Source: Podarcis bocagei (taxonomy: Eukaryota). From it: a stretch of 64,000 nucleotides of DNA. The translations under genes and the position numbers were made by a program. This document shows, piece by piece, positions 1 to 11,763 of this stretch (position 1 is its first letter; each line of letters begins with the position of its first letter). The notes under the pieces were generated by a model. It worked only from the letters and a program-made list of their open reading frames with translations. It ran no database searches and was not told where the DNA came from. The stretch lies in the NCBI GenBank assembly GCA_964188305.1, contig OZ076886.1; one strand, written 5' to 3'.

Positions 1-1289
1 CCAGGGCACCTTAAAATCATAAAGCCAACTGTGCATTTATAATGGTGCTGTCACTTTTTCAGGGACAGTGTCATGCTACAAATCTGCAAGAAATGAAGTG
101 GATCCATTAAAATTGGGGCGGGGAATCTCTGGTGCACAATCCAAGCATGGCCTGCTAGGCCTCCCCATGCAGCTGGTTGGTCTCTCCTGCAGCCCCACTC
201 CTTCCAAAGCCCATTTCTCCTTCTTGGCTGCTTGTGTGAAACAGAGGACAGGGACAGGCTGGTGGTGCAGAAACAGACCATAACACGCACAGCAAAGGAA
301 ACGCAAGAGATGTGTATGAGAGGAGGGAGTGTGGGGATAAATGGATGTGAGTAAATGAGTTTGTGTGTGTGTGTGTTGGTGTAGAGATGTGTGAAGTGGG
401 AGGATTGTGTAGATTAATTGGTGTGTGTAGTCTTGGCCCCATCCCCTTCTGGATTTGGCCCTGTCTATTGCTGGCCAAAAAAAGAGAAAATTTCACCACT
501 GAATCAATTTAAGGATACCTTTCTTGTGGAACCAGCAGAAATATAAGTAAATATCTTTGCTTTTTACCTTGAGAATGTGAATGATAACAGTGTATTCAGA
601 AAAAAATACAAACTGCTGAAGCTTTGCCGAAGAGCAGAATACATAGAGATTTTCTCCAAATGGGTAGCAATGTTCAGAAATCCCAGTCAGGAAATAAGGC
701 CACAAGTGACAGTGAGTTAGATTAAAACCATACATTCAAACTTTCAGAAGTGAACCATTGTCCAAGGGCCTACATCTGAAGAATGACGGGTTATACGGTG
801 CCAGACTCTGTTTACAGGAGCTTAGATTGTTACCCGTGAGGTCAAACGGGATACAGTTTAATTTCTCAGCCAAGGAGCATGGGGTTTCCAGGGAAGCACT
901 ACTGAGGCTACTGCTGTATTTTTAAAAGTTGAGCAAAATTAAAGACATGTTGACAGGATACATCACAGGCAACTGAATTCAGCACACACACAAATAAAAC
1001 TATTTTATTTATTTTTATTAGATTTATATACCTCCCTTCATCACAAGATCTCAGGGCAATAGCTCAATTGTCTGAAACCAGAATCTGTAAGCCAATGCCC
1101 TTAATTGGCATCATTATACCATAGACTTTTCCTCATCTTTTGCAGAAACTGGAGTTTTGGTCAACTGTTCTGGTCATCAGGGGCCATAAGGGGAAGAATG
1201 TATGTTGCAGTCACAGCTCTTGATAACTTAAGGCCTTTCTCCATTACAGTGCATTTAAATAGTCAAGCTAAAGGCATCTTGAAAGCTTT

Positions 1290-1459
1290 CTCACCTCACA
1301 GAGCCCCACTCACCTCACAGAGTGTTTGTTGTGGGTGAGGAAGGGAAAGGAGAATGTTAGCCGCTTTAAGACTCCTTAAAGGGAGTGAAAGGCGGGATAT
1401 CATCCAATCGGGGTGTGGATATCAAATCCAAACTCTTCTTCTTCTCTTCTTCTTTCTCT
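1290..1459 (+). mobile_element. 3' part of a Squam3-like SINE with (CTT)n tail
   Basis: cactcacctcacagagtgtttgttgtgg...ggagaatgttagccgcttt...gggatatcaaatccaaactcttcttctt resembles the recalled lacertid SINE 3' half. Confidence 0.7.
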
Positions 1460-1704
1460 CAAAAATTATCCCATGAGTACTCTGAGAATCCTAAACTGTC
1501 AGTTGCTTCAGATTACCCATCTCATTCATTGTTGTAATTTTTTTTTTAAATCATTGTGGTAGCAAAGATGCATCCCCATATTCAGTGATAACCCAAATTC
1601 AGCCATAGCTCTTTCTTTACATCTAGCTTCACATTTCTATGGCTGTTTGGAAGACTGGTTGTGTGCCCAGCCACAGAGTCCACTCTCCTGGTGTGCCTAA
1701 CTGC

Positions 1705-2484
1705 TGAGTGGGAAAATGAATGGATACAACAACCACCTGGGATTTAAACGGCCACAACTTTATTGATTTCAGATGTAGGAAGCTTTGGCATAGGCATTGG
1801 GCGTGTATCCCTCTCAGCCCCGCACCCCCTTGCTCGGGAACTGAGGCAAGACAGGGTCTATTCGGGGGTGGATCCATCGCAAAACGCAGGTTTACGCAAA
1901 TGGCCCCCAAACGCTGTGGGAAGCTCTATGGCCCGCTAGCCCTACACACTTTGCTCTTTGGACAGAGACTTCCCTCTAGACCCGTCTAACGGGGTACACC
2001 ACCCCAGGGAACAGGGGGTGGATGAGTCACCACTTCACCACACCCCAATTGGATGAAAGACTATAGGATTCCGCCCAAGGCCTAAACTGCCAAAGTTGTG
2101 CTATGGGAAAAATGAAACCTGCTGAGCAGGGGAAATTGCTTCCCAGAGCCGAATACAGCAACCGCCAAAAGATCACAGCAAAGCTCAGCTAGCTGAAAAG
2201 AAATGGTTAGAGCGGTAATCAACTATTAATGAAGGGAGGGGAAGAGTGGGCGACGATCATGGCCAACTGGATGCTGTGCTGAGTGGTCAGCCAGGCTAAG
2301 TAGATGGCCATCCCTCCCTGGGCCGCTGCGGATTGGCTCATTAGGTGGGAACCTGTGAGCTTCTGCAGTGGCCAGAGGGGACAGGGAAACAATCTAAAAT
2401 GGTGCTGCATGTCGAGGGGAGAGAGGAGGCGCCGCGTTGGGCCACAACCGCCACTCACCTGCAAGATGGTAAGCGGCCATTACA
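1705..2484 (-). mobile_element. GC/CpG-rich interspersed element, LTR-like or DIRS/Ngaro terminal-repeat-like; family and ends uncertain
   Basis: Abrupt CpG-rich block in an AT-rich intron; the minus strand reads TG...CCAAT...AATAAA(gttgtggcc)...CA; no TSD found. Confidence 0.4.
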
Positions 2485-2543
2485 TCGTATAAAGCACAGG
2501 GTTTATTACAGCAGTGTGGAAGAAAGCATGGCAAAAATACATA

Positions 2544-2840
2544 CAGTGGTGCCTCGCAAGACGAAATTAATCCGTTCCGCGAGTCTCTTCGTCTTGCGGT
2601 TTTTTCGTCTTGCGAAGCACGGCTATTAGCGGCTTAGCGGCTATTAACGGCTTAGCGGCTATTAACGGCTTAGCGGCTTTAAGAAAAAGGAAACAAACTT
2701 GCAAGAACTCGCAAGACGTTTCGTCTTGCGAAGCAAGCCCATAGGGAAATTCGTCTTGCGGAACGACTCAAAAAACACAAAACCCTTTCGTCTAGCGAGT
2801 TTTTCGTCTTGCGAGGCATTCGTCTTGCGGGGCACCACTG
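2544..2840. mobile_element. Tc1/mariner (pogo/Tigger-like) MITE
   Basis: TA|CAGTGGTGCCTCGCAAGACGAA ... TTCGTCTTGCGGGGCACCACTG|TA; many internal TTCGTCTTGCG copies and an 18-bp cggctattaacggcttag tandem. Confidence 0.92.
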
Positions 2841-3163
2841 TAGATGTTTTAAGGTGAAATGCCACAAATTGGTCATTGTAAAATGAACAATACTATTCAG
2901 ATGTCCCATTTATGCTGCTGTGTTTATATCTCTATGGGATAAGTGCATTGTGTAAAAGCACAAAAATCCTGTAATTCACACAAGTGCTCCCCCAAATGCA
3001 CATTTTCAGTTCCATTTTACCTTTTCAGATTGGAGTCACTTTATTTCTTTGAAGTTCCTGTATTTGAGCTAGTTGCTACTTCAACTTGCCTTTTCCCCAC
3101 TCCCTTTGAATGAATAAAGATATGTTGTTAGGATGCTATTAACATGCTAGTTTTGTCTTTCAG

Positions 3164-3290
3164 GGTCATTAGCCGAGCACAAGGGCTGAAGCTGGTGGTG
3201 GAAACCCTGATGTCATCCCTAAAACCCATTGGAAACATTGTTGTCATCTGCTGTGCTTTCTTCATCATTTTTGGCATCTTGGGAGTCCAG
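3164..3290 (+). CDS. CACNA1G: CACNA1G coding exon (~exon 22): domain III S4-S5 linker and S5; gene begins upstream of the window
   Basis: tttcag|G ... CAG|gtaggc; encodes [42 protein letters not shown], typical Cav3 repeat III. Confidence 0.96.
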
Positions 3291-6200
3291 GTAGGCTTTG
3301 CACAGGATTCACTGAAAGTAGAATAGACTAGATGGTCCATGTGATCAAATTCACTGCATGGAATTGGAGACTTTCCTATACACAGACTCTCACAACCATA
3401 TATGCCTCTGGAAAGGTGCAAGATTCAACAGGTGCTTATAGAACAAATAATAAGTCCATATGTTTCATAGCTGCTTCACAAATTACTTTTTTCTAGAAAT
3501 GCAGTCAAAATACTTGATTTTAGCTGCAAAACCGTTTTGTATCTCTTTTGTAGGAAATGTACACTTTTTGTGCATTCCGCTGTGAGTTTCATTAAGCCAA
3601 AGTGTGTTTTCAGCATCACGGGAGCACATTTGGAGGGAGGGGGCTGGTAGCCTATAATGGACGGTTGTTACCCTTTTCAGAGCCTGAGGGCTTGCATTCC
3701 CTTCTGCGCAACCTTCCAGGGGCCCACATGCAGAACAATACATGTGAATTTTGCCTCTTGTCTAGTCTGTGTCCTCCATCCAGCCAAGAGGCATAGTCAG
3801 AGTCCAAGGGTTCATTCTAGACAGGCAGAAACACTGCATGATGAGACTGGTGACGGGGGGTGCATGGGTTGGGGGGAACCCCAAGGTCCAAACAGAGCCC
3901 ACATTTGGTCCCTGGGCCTGAGGTTCTGTTTCCCTGGCCTGTAAGCTCCCTGTTGCATGTACATGCGTGGTAAGCTCTCCAAGATACATTTAGCAGCTTT
4001 AATGTAGTATTGCAAGTGATTTGTTTCTTAATCAATTGCACATTTTATAATGGCTTAGTAATATCCAGTGGTCCCATTTGTTCTCTTCATATTTTCTTTA
4101 TAGAGCTATGCCTTGATGCATAGGTTGGAATTTGTATTATATCACTATAACTATAAAACGTCTCATTATTTTTTTGGAAGTCATCCTGAGCATTTACCTA
4201 AAGTTTTATCTCTCCAGTCTCCCACTTTCCAGATACCGAAATCTGATTTAGTAATCTTGTTTTGATCTCTTCCCTAATGTGCTGGTTTCAATGCCCCATA
4301 TTTGCTTCCTGCAGTTCCCAATATTTGCTTCAACTGCTGTAGAGTAGGCACTAGTAACTAACCTGTCATGGAGACAGAGGTGATGAAATATAATAATGGA
4401 AAGTACAGGGTGTAGCTTGATCCCCTAGTCCCTAAGCCTTTCAGAAAATGCTGTGTTGGGGGAAATCATCAACCTTTGGTATGCATCCAGTGTTGTGCTT
4501 TTCAACACTTCTACCCCCCAAGTATAGTACTCTTAGGTTAAAAAAAAATAAATGATTAAATGTCACCACCTATGAAATATATGGGTTTGCATTGATCTCT
4601 ATTGTTTGGCTTGCTCAAACAGAGCCCTAAATGCTTGGCATCTCTTTTCGAGTTCAAATAAAGAGGTGATGTTTAAAGAGTCCAGTGGGAAAGGAACCTT
4701 GCCATAGGGAAGCAAAGCATGATAATGCCAATAACTTTTGTCACTCAATAAAATAGTGCAAATGTCTCAACCTAGCCTGATGCAGGCTGCTGCACTGACA
4801 TCCATCATAGTAGCTGTCACGTTCTGCCGCTTCCTGTTTGCCATTGAGAAAGCGACAATATTAATCATCTGGGGTTTCGATACCTTTCACCCTGCTGGTA
4901 ATTGTATCTGACGCTGTTGAAGTCAATGCCTTGGGGTCACCAGATTCACAATACAGTGTGATGCCCATGCTTCAAGGGTTGTGTGCACCACAGAATTTCG
5001 ATCAGTGTAACTGCACAAGCAGGAGAAGCTGCACCTTTCAAAATTCTTCTGTCACTTTAAGAGATGTGGAACACCTGTCCCTTATTAAATCTGGCAGTCC
5101 TAGACAGAGTGAGTGAGATCTCACAGAAAATGTTGGACTCCTTTGGGAGGAAGGGCAGGATACAGATTTAATGAATAAATGTAATGATGGGAGGCCTTTC
5201 CTTCATTCTACTTACAGGCAGAGGTATAGAATCAACTGGGGTCTAGAAAAGGAGCTGATTTCTTTATCCATGTATATGATTTAACTAGCAAAGGTCTGTG
5301 CAAAAGTCCTCCCTCTAGTAGTCTGAATAATGTCTTTGTCTGATCAAATGCATGTGTAGACCCAAGGTGATTTCAGGAGCATGAAAGGGCATAACTGTGA
5401 AGTCAGCAAGGTAAATGGACCCTGATACTGGATAAAAGCAAGCAAATACTGTCTTGTAACCTAAATAATAATCCAAGGTAGGAAATGTATTTCCAAGCAG
5501 CTATTCAGAAGTTGACAGAACTGTGAGGAAATGATAGCCAGGGCCGGATTTAGCAGTAGATATACACAGACACCAGGGTTGTGCCTTGCAAAAGAAGGTA
5601 CAGTTGTGGCATTCTGTTCGGTGGGGAGGCAGATTGACAGGAGACCAACTCTAGCCACCTCCATCTCCTGAAAACATGCTCAGCACAATTACATTATAGT
5701 GCTACTTGGATATTTATAGGGCCCCGACTGCTGGATGATCCCAGGTAATTATGTACAGCATGCATTGGAAAGGCGAAATTTCTTTCCAGTTAGGAGCAGC
5801 CACTCATGTGGAAGCTTCCAATTACACATGGCTCTTAATCTTCACTGGATTGGGGGCAATTGTTTATGAGCTTGTGTATACTACAGGCTTCCTGTACATT
5901 GGGGCCGAACTGCAGTGAGCCACATCTGTAGCAAAAATTAGCCTTGGGCATGACTCGTGGAAATATGGGAGAGAAATATTTATAATAAACAAATAAAAAG
6001 TGTGGGTACCACTGGCAGTTATTTGCAGCATTGTTTGCACCATCCAGGTTGTTCGGGTTGTATAGTCCCTGTCAAAGAGAGTAAGATATTCTTGCTAAAA
6101 CTGGACGTGGTACAATATTCTGTGTATGGGCAGAAATCATGAGTTAGTCCACCATCAACCAAGTACCCTTGAAGAAGAAGATTTGGTGGCTTGTTCCTTC

Positions 6201-7260
6201 CAAGTCCATCAAGCCAACTCTTAAAAATCATGCTAAATAATCAGCTTTTTCCTCTATCAGTTCCTAAAACTTTGAATGTTATTGTGGAGACATTTTCACT
6301 TGTATCCTGATGACTTCTTCCTGCAGCATGCAGTGGTCAGTGATGACCGTTAAGTAACTCTAGACTCTGGACTTCACAGTCTTATAAGGCGCTGGTCATA
6401 TGTATTAATTTAGTTGTGAAGGACACAGTTGACATTTCTCTTCTCAACATGGCAATTCCATGCTTTGTAACTGCTTTTCCATTGCTAATATGTTAGAGCA
6501 AAGTCAAAGAAAAACCTGTTTGCTAGCCCTGGTAAAAGAAATACTCTGAACTTGTGCAGTTTTGCATTTTTATGGTACCATCATGGCTACAGAAATAAAA
6601 TGGGGTTTCCTTTTGCTGCTTCATGCTAAACACATTTACTTGGGGGAAAGCATCGTTTCTTCTAGAAAAGGATAATAATATCTTTAAGGAATGAGTAATA
6701 AAACGAACATCTGTAACCAAGTACATGCTTGACTTGCCACCTCCTAACTATAAAATATTTTGTTAAAAATAAGAAGGAAGGATGCTGTAGTGACTAGCAT
6801 CAGCCCTGGTGTTCCCTGGCATGTCCATGCCAGCACAGATGCAGATGTCAGGCCTGTTTGGAGCTGGCTCCATTATCTGCTGCTCCCTGGGTGGTGATTT
6901 GGGGGCCTTTTTGTTGGTTTTTATTTAAATGTCCTAGCTTTTAATTATTCAGAAGGCAGCTCACAAATAGAAGGAAAACCAATTAAATCAATTAAAACAG
7001 CAGCATAAAACCGCAAATAAAAATAAATAAAAACAGCAGGACCAAAGCACCATTCACTAAAAGATGGTGTTAATAAAACATTGGGGGCCTGGTGCCAGAC
7101 CTCAGGGCTTACATGGGGCAGGTAAGACCTGTCCCTGATGACCACATGCCAAGTGTCTGAAGTTGGGGGCACCCAGACAAAAGCCTCCAGACATATGTCA
7201 GTGACCGGGCATTGTAAAGTCACATTTGCTAATTATTTTGCCATCTCTTGGTTTTCACAG

Positions 7261-7386
7261 TTGTTCAAAGGGAAGTTTTTTGTCTGCCAAGGGGAAGACA
7301 CAAGGAACATTACCAACAGGTCGGACTGTGCAGAAGCCAGCTACAAATGGGTCCGGCACAAGTATAATTTTGATAATCTCGGCCAG
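7261..7386 (+). CDS. CACNA1G: CACNA1G exon ~23: domain III extracellular loop
   Basis: ttcacag|...CAG|gtatta; 126 nt, phase 0-0; [42 protein letters not shown]. Confidence 0.97.
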
Positions 7387-8130
7387 GTATTAATGGAATG
7401 GTAATCTGCTTCTTTGCTCCTTTATTTCCCTGATTCTAAGTGTTCTTGCCGATTTTGCAGCTACCGTGGCAAATGACACATTTCCTAGACGCAAAATGTG
7501 CACTTAAAATCCCCCATTTTAGCGTTCATAAGTCTGCACAAGTTCCTTTCTGAATTAAGACAAGGGCTCGCACCTTCTTGGACCATTACACATCATACTA
7601 CATATGTCTATCAAAAAGCCTCATATTAGAAAATTTGACACCCTGTACCCAGCACAACCTAATGCTTGCCTAAGTGATACACTCCAAATGTTTCTGGACT
7701 ATAACTCACATTATAGTCAATATGGTCAATAGTAAGCAGTTGATTCCCAACATCATATGAAGGGCGCCGCATTGGCTGCTAACATCTCCATTCATTTACA
7801 GGGTCCACTGGAAATCATCCATACTTTATCAGCATGGCAGGAACTAATTAGAAGTGAGTGAGGGAAGCCTGTAGGGTGAAAATGGAGCTGGCTGTCTCTA
7901 TTTTTTGAATTAACCCTCATTGTTGGACCAGTGTCTGACACTGATAGGTTTTCGCAGGCGGGAGATGTTCGGCATCAAAGCACATTATTTTTATCACCAA
8001 GGTAAAATAACAAGCTAAAATGCAAGTTTAAACTTGAGCAGATAGGAGACCAGAGTAGAAGATGGGCACATGAAAGGAATTGTTTTCTTCCGACCTAAAT
8101 GTAATGCTGTGTTTCCTCTTGCCTTTCTAG

Positions 8131-8220
8131 GCCTTAATGTCTCTGTTTGTTTTGGCCTCCAAAGATGGGTGGGTGGACATCATGTATGATGGATTGGATG
8201 CTGTGGGAGTGGATCAGCAG
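8131..8220 (+). CDS. CACNA1G: CACNA1G exon ~24: domain III pore loop
   Basis: ttctag|...CAG|gtacgt; 90 nt; [30 protein letters not shown]. The SKDGW aspartate is the T-type EEDD filter residue. Not in the ORF track. Confidence 0.97.
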
Positions 8221-8415
8221 GTACGTGGTTCGGCATTAAGTTAATAGAAGAGATAGTTCTGTAAAAAACAAAACTGTAAGGGGTACAGCTCCTCCCCGTA
8301 TCTCACAATCTTCATGGACAAAGGATGTTCCAATCTTACTTTGCACATTTATACAGCCTTGTCCCCGGTACCCTCATAGGTTGTAATTTTAATGGCTTTC
8401 TTCTCTGCCTTGTAG

Positions 8416-8629
8416 CCAGTCATGAACTATAACCCTTGGATGCTCCTCTACTTCATCTCCTTCCTGCTGATTGTTGCCTTCTTTGTCCTCAACATGTTTG
8501 TGGGAGTTGTGGTGGAGAATTTCCATAAGTGTCGTCAGCATCAGGAAGAAGAAGAAGCCAAGAGACGAGAGGAGAAGAGACTCAAGCGGCTGGAGAAAAA
8601 GAGAAGGAGTAAGGAGAAACAGATGGCTG
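8416..8629 (+). CDS. CACNA1G: CACNA1G exon 25: IIIS6 and start of III-IV linker; two alternative donors (exon ends 8608 or 8629)
   Basis: tgtag|CCA GTC ATG...; [64 protein letters not shown](SKEKQMA). Donors GGA|gtaagg (8609) and CTG|gtcggt (8630) are 21 nt apart. SKEKQMA is diagnostic of Cav3.1. Confidence 0.97.
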
Positions 8630-11027
8630 GTCGGTAGTCTTTCCTCATCTTTCTGAGTCCTGCTTGACCTTTGACAGTCTCCCCGTAACTCCCTGCCTAG
8701 CACCTGAGGCTCAGATTCCTTTCAAAAGCATGTCCAGCTATGAAATTTGCATGAAGGATATAGTTCTGGCATAGGCTAAATAACGAGCCGCAGAAACATA
8801 GCAATGGCTGCATGATTCGCAACTACTTTATACGCTAGGTGATTTTTAAAAAAGAATAATTTTAAATGTATTTTTTTTATTGCACAAGCTTAGCATTACC
8901 CAAATAGTGTCAAATGCAAAAACCAACAGTTCCAGAACAGGCCAAGAATCTTAGGCGTGTCTAGCACTGTTGCTGCGAATTAGCTTCACTATTTGGTTTA
9001 TTACAGCCTTGTAATGTCACAGTGAAATCACTTTTGTCAATTTCTGAGCCAGTTTTGCATATCGATTGATGAAACTGCTTCGTGCATTCAAGGATGTAAT
9101 AATAAAAAGCAGCCTGGTTTTTGAAATGCTTGAAAATATAGTGTATTTGCTTGAGAAATACAGATTTTTTTTCTTTAAAATGATGAAGGAAATAACCAGA
9201 CAGAAATTAGCCAAATTAAGTAGATCCACTGGCACACAACCTCGTCGGACCACTTAGAATAATTTTTTAAAATCCTTTTGTAACCATAGTAGATGTGTCT
9301 ATAAAAATCTGAGAAACTTGACATACATATTGTCTTTTTTATCTCAGTTCTGTTTGATTGAAAAACAGGAAATTACATTCAGGTCAGAGGTCACAGGTCA
9401 GAGGTACTCTCCTCCATCTTGCATGCCTTCTATTCTGCTTGGATTTTTTCCCCCAAATGCCCCTGCGTTCATTCATGGTATCACTCTTGTTACTTCCATC
9501 TTTAAGTGTTCTTATGGCTTTCCCCCAACCCATTATCCTTTCCACATTTATTTCATCCCTTTCAGACTGACACCAGTAAATCTGTAGGAATCTCTCTTTG
9601 TTGTTGTTTTTGTTGTTGTTGTTGTTTAATGGTTACTAAAAAAAAAAAAAAGGTGCAATTCCCTGTATGGTTGTTTTATAGGTATAACAAGATAGGACCA
9701 TGATTTGTGTTGTGTGTTGCTGTTTTTTGAGCATTAATTGTATGAAATCAATATCTAGATACTTAAGGACATTCACAACTAAGAGAATTATATTTTAACA
9801 TTATTTACTTGAGGGTAAGGATTCCAGATCAGAAGATCTGAAACGAATAAATCATGATGAAACTGTGGTTTATTAATGAATTTTGTGACACAGTTCAGAA
9901 ATAAGAGAGCTCCATGATGAGCTACAAGGTTGTGGTGTTCACAAGTGACCTTTCAAAGTATTTCAGAACTGACATGATTTTTTCCAAGACAATGACTATT
10001 TCGGTTTATAGCTCAAGGAACATACAATCATGTTATAGGAAGGACTGCCCATGTATTGGGGTTCATGTTCTCTTTTTAGCCAAAGTTCATGGGATTTCGT
10101 ACACATGAAACATCCCATGATGCATAAAGGCACAAAGGTTTATTGCAGATACTTTGGTAGTATATCAATCATTGTCAGTGAAAAGTATGCATGCACCCGT
10201 GTTTTGCTGGTATAGCATCTGTAAATATTTTAGTGGTAATAACATGGTAAACATGGTAAACAGACAAAAAGCTTCACAGACTTTTGTGCATAAAGCAGTC
10301 TTGGCCTCCCAGCCAGCGTGGAGTTTTGTCAAATGCAGCTTCTTGCTACAACAAAGGAAGCCTTGTAAAGTAACTCTGGGAACAGGGAAGATTTAAGAAT
10401 GGAATTATACACTACTTAAAGAGTTCCATTTTAAAGGAAAGCTAGCTCTAGTCATGCCTGTAACACATTTGGAAAGCAATGCAGTCCCGTGGAATCTGGC
10501 ACAGAATTGTGGCCTACGTAGGATTAGCTTTGACATAGTAGGACCTTATATGGAAATATAAAATGGCATGCCTCCTCTCACCCACCCCTTCTTGTTCAAG
10601 GTGAAAGGCCCGCCCCTTGTCATCCTTTATGTTTACTTGCCTTCAAACCTTTCAGTGGGCCACAGCCCTGGGGAACTTATTAACCATCTTATGCATTATT
10701 CCTTGGTTCACTAGACTCCTTGCCTGCCCCTCTGTCTGGCACAGTGTACTTACTGTAACTTGCCTGTTCATTACTTATTTCCCATATTGTCTTGAGACAC
10801 TATGGTATTTCCCCCCCCCCCACTGCCATATTTCTTAGCTTCTCTAAAACCTCTAAACAGCTTACAAAAATAAAACATTAGAATAATCAGTAAAAAACAA
10901 AAAACAGATAAGTACAGGTTTAAAAAACACTCAAAAGATAATTAAAATCAACAGTAAGCAAAAGAGATTAAAACACGCCAGTATTCTACATGTCTGGGTA
11001 GGGTTGCCTAAATAGAAAATGTGTTTT

Positions 11028-11143
11028 TACTGTCAGAAAGTTCTTCCTGATGTTTAGTTGGAATCTCCTTTCTTGTAACTTGAAGCCATTGGTTTGAGTC
11101 CTACCCTCCTCCAGAGCAGGAGAAAACAAGCTTGCTCCATCTT
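11028..11143 (-). mobile_element. CR1 LINE ORF2 3' fragment, interrupted by an L2 (resumes ~11764-11778)
   Basis: Minus strand encodes TNGFKLQERRFQLNIRKNFLTV, a typical CR1 C-terminus. Confidence 0.8.
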
Positions 11144-11763
11144 GACCCAGAAACGCCAGCGGGTGCAGAATGCTGCAGCGAGACTCCTTACGGGGTCCTC
11201 GCTGAGAGATCACATTCATCCAGTGCTATACCAGCTGCACTGGCTCCCGGTGGAGTACAGGATCAGGTTTAAGGTGCTGGTTTTAACCTTTAAAGCCCTA
11301 TACGGCCACGACCCTCGTACCTACGGGACCGCCTCTCCTGGTATGTCCCTCAGAGGAATTTACGATCTTCAAACTAAAACATCTTGGAGGTCCCAGGCAA
11401 CAGAGAGGTTAGGCTGGCCTCAACCAGAGCCAGGGCTTTTTCGGCGGTGGCTCCTATCTGATGGAACGCTCTGCCACAAGAGATTAGGGCCCTGCGGGAT
11501 TTGACATCTTTCCGCAGGGTCTGCAAGACAGAGCTGTTCCGCCAAGCCTTTGGCCAGGGCACAGCCTGACCCCCTCCTTTGGCAATTTTCTCAGAACTCT
11601 ACCCAATGGTTGCCTTCAGTTTGATTTGAAGTATTTTATTTTTTATTTTTAATGAAATTATTTTAAAATGTTGTCTTATTTTATTGTTGTTAGCCACCCT
11701 GAGCCCGGCTTCGGCTGGGGAGGGCGGGATATAAATAAAAAAATTATTATTACTATTATTATT
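11144..11763 (+). mobile_element. 5'-truncated L2 LINE (ORF2 C-terminus, 3' UTR, (TTA)n tail)
   Basis: VQNAAARLLTG...HIHPVLYQLHWLPVEYRIRFKVLVLTFKAL; frameshift near 11310; tail gggcgggatataaataaa...(tta)n; flanked by atctt/atctt. Confidence 0.9.

Noticed and set aside
2610-2680. Short tandem repeats resembling a CRISPR-like array
   Set aside because: No unique spacers; it is a minisatellite inside a MITE in vertebrate DNA
3609-3628. RE1/NRSE-like TTCAGCATCACGGGAGCACA
   Set aside because: Core mismatch and a 1-bp shift of the right half-site; too degenerate to call
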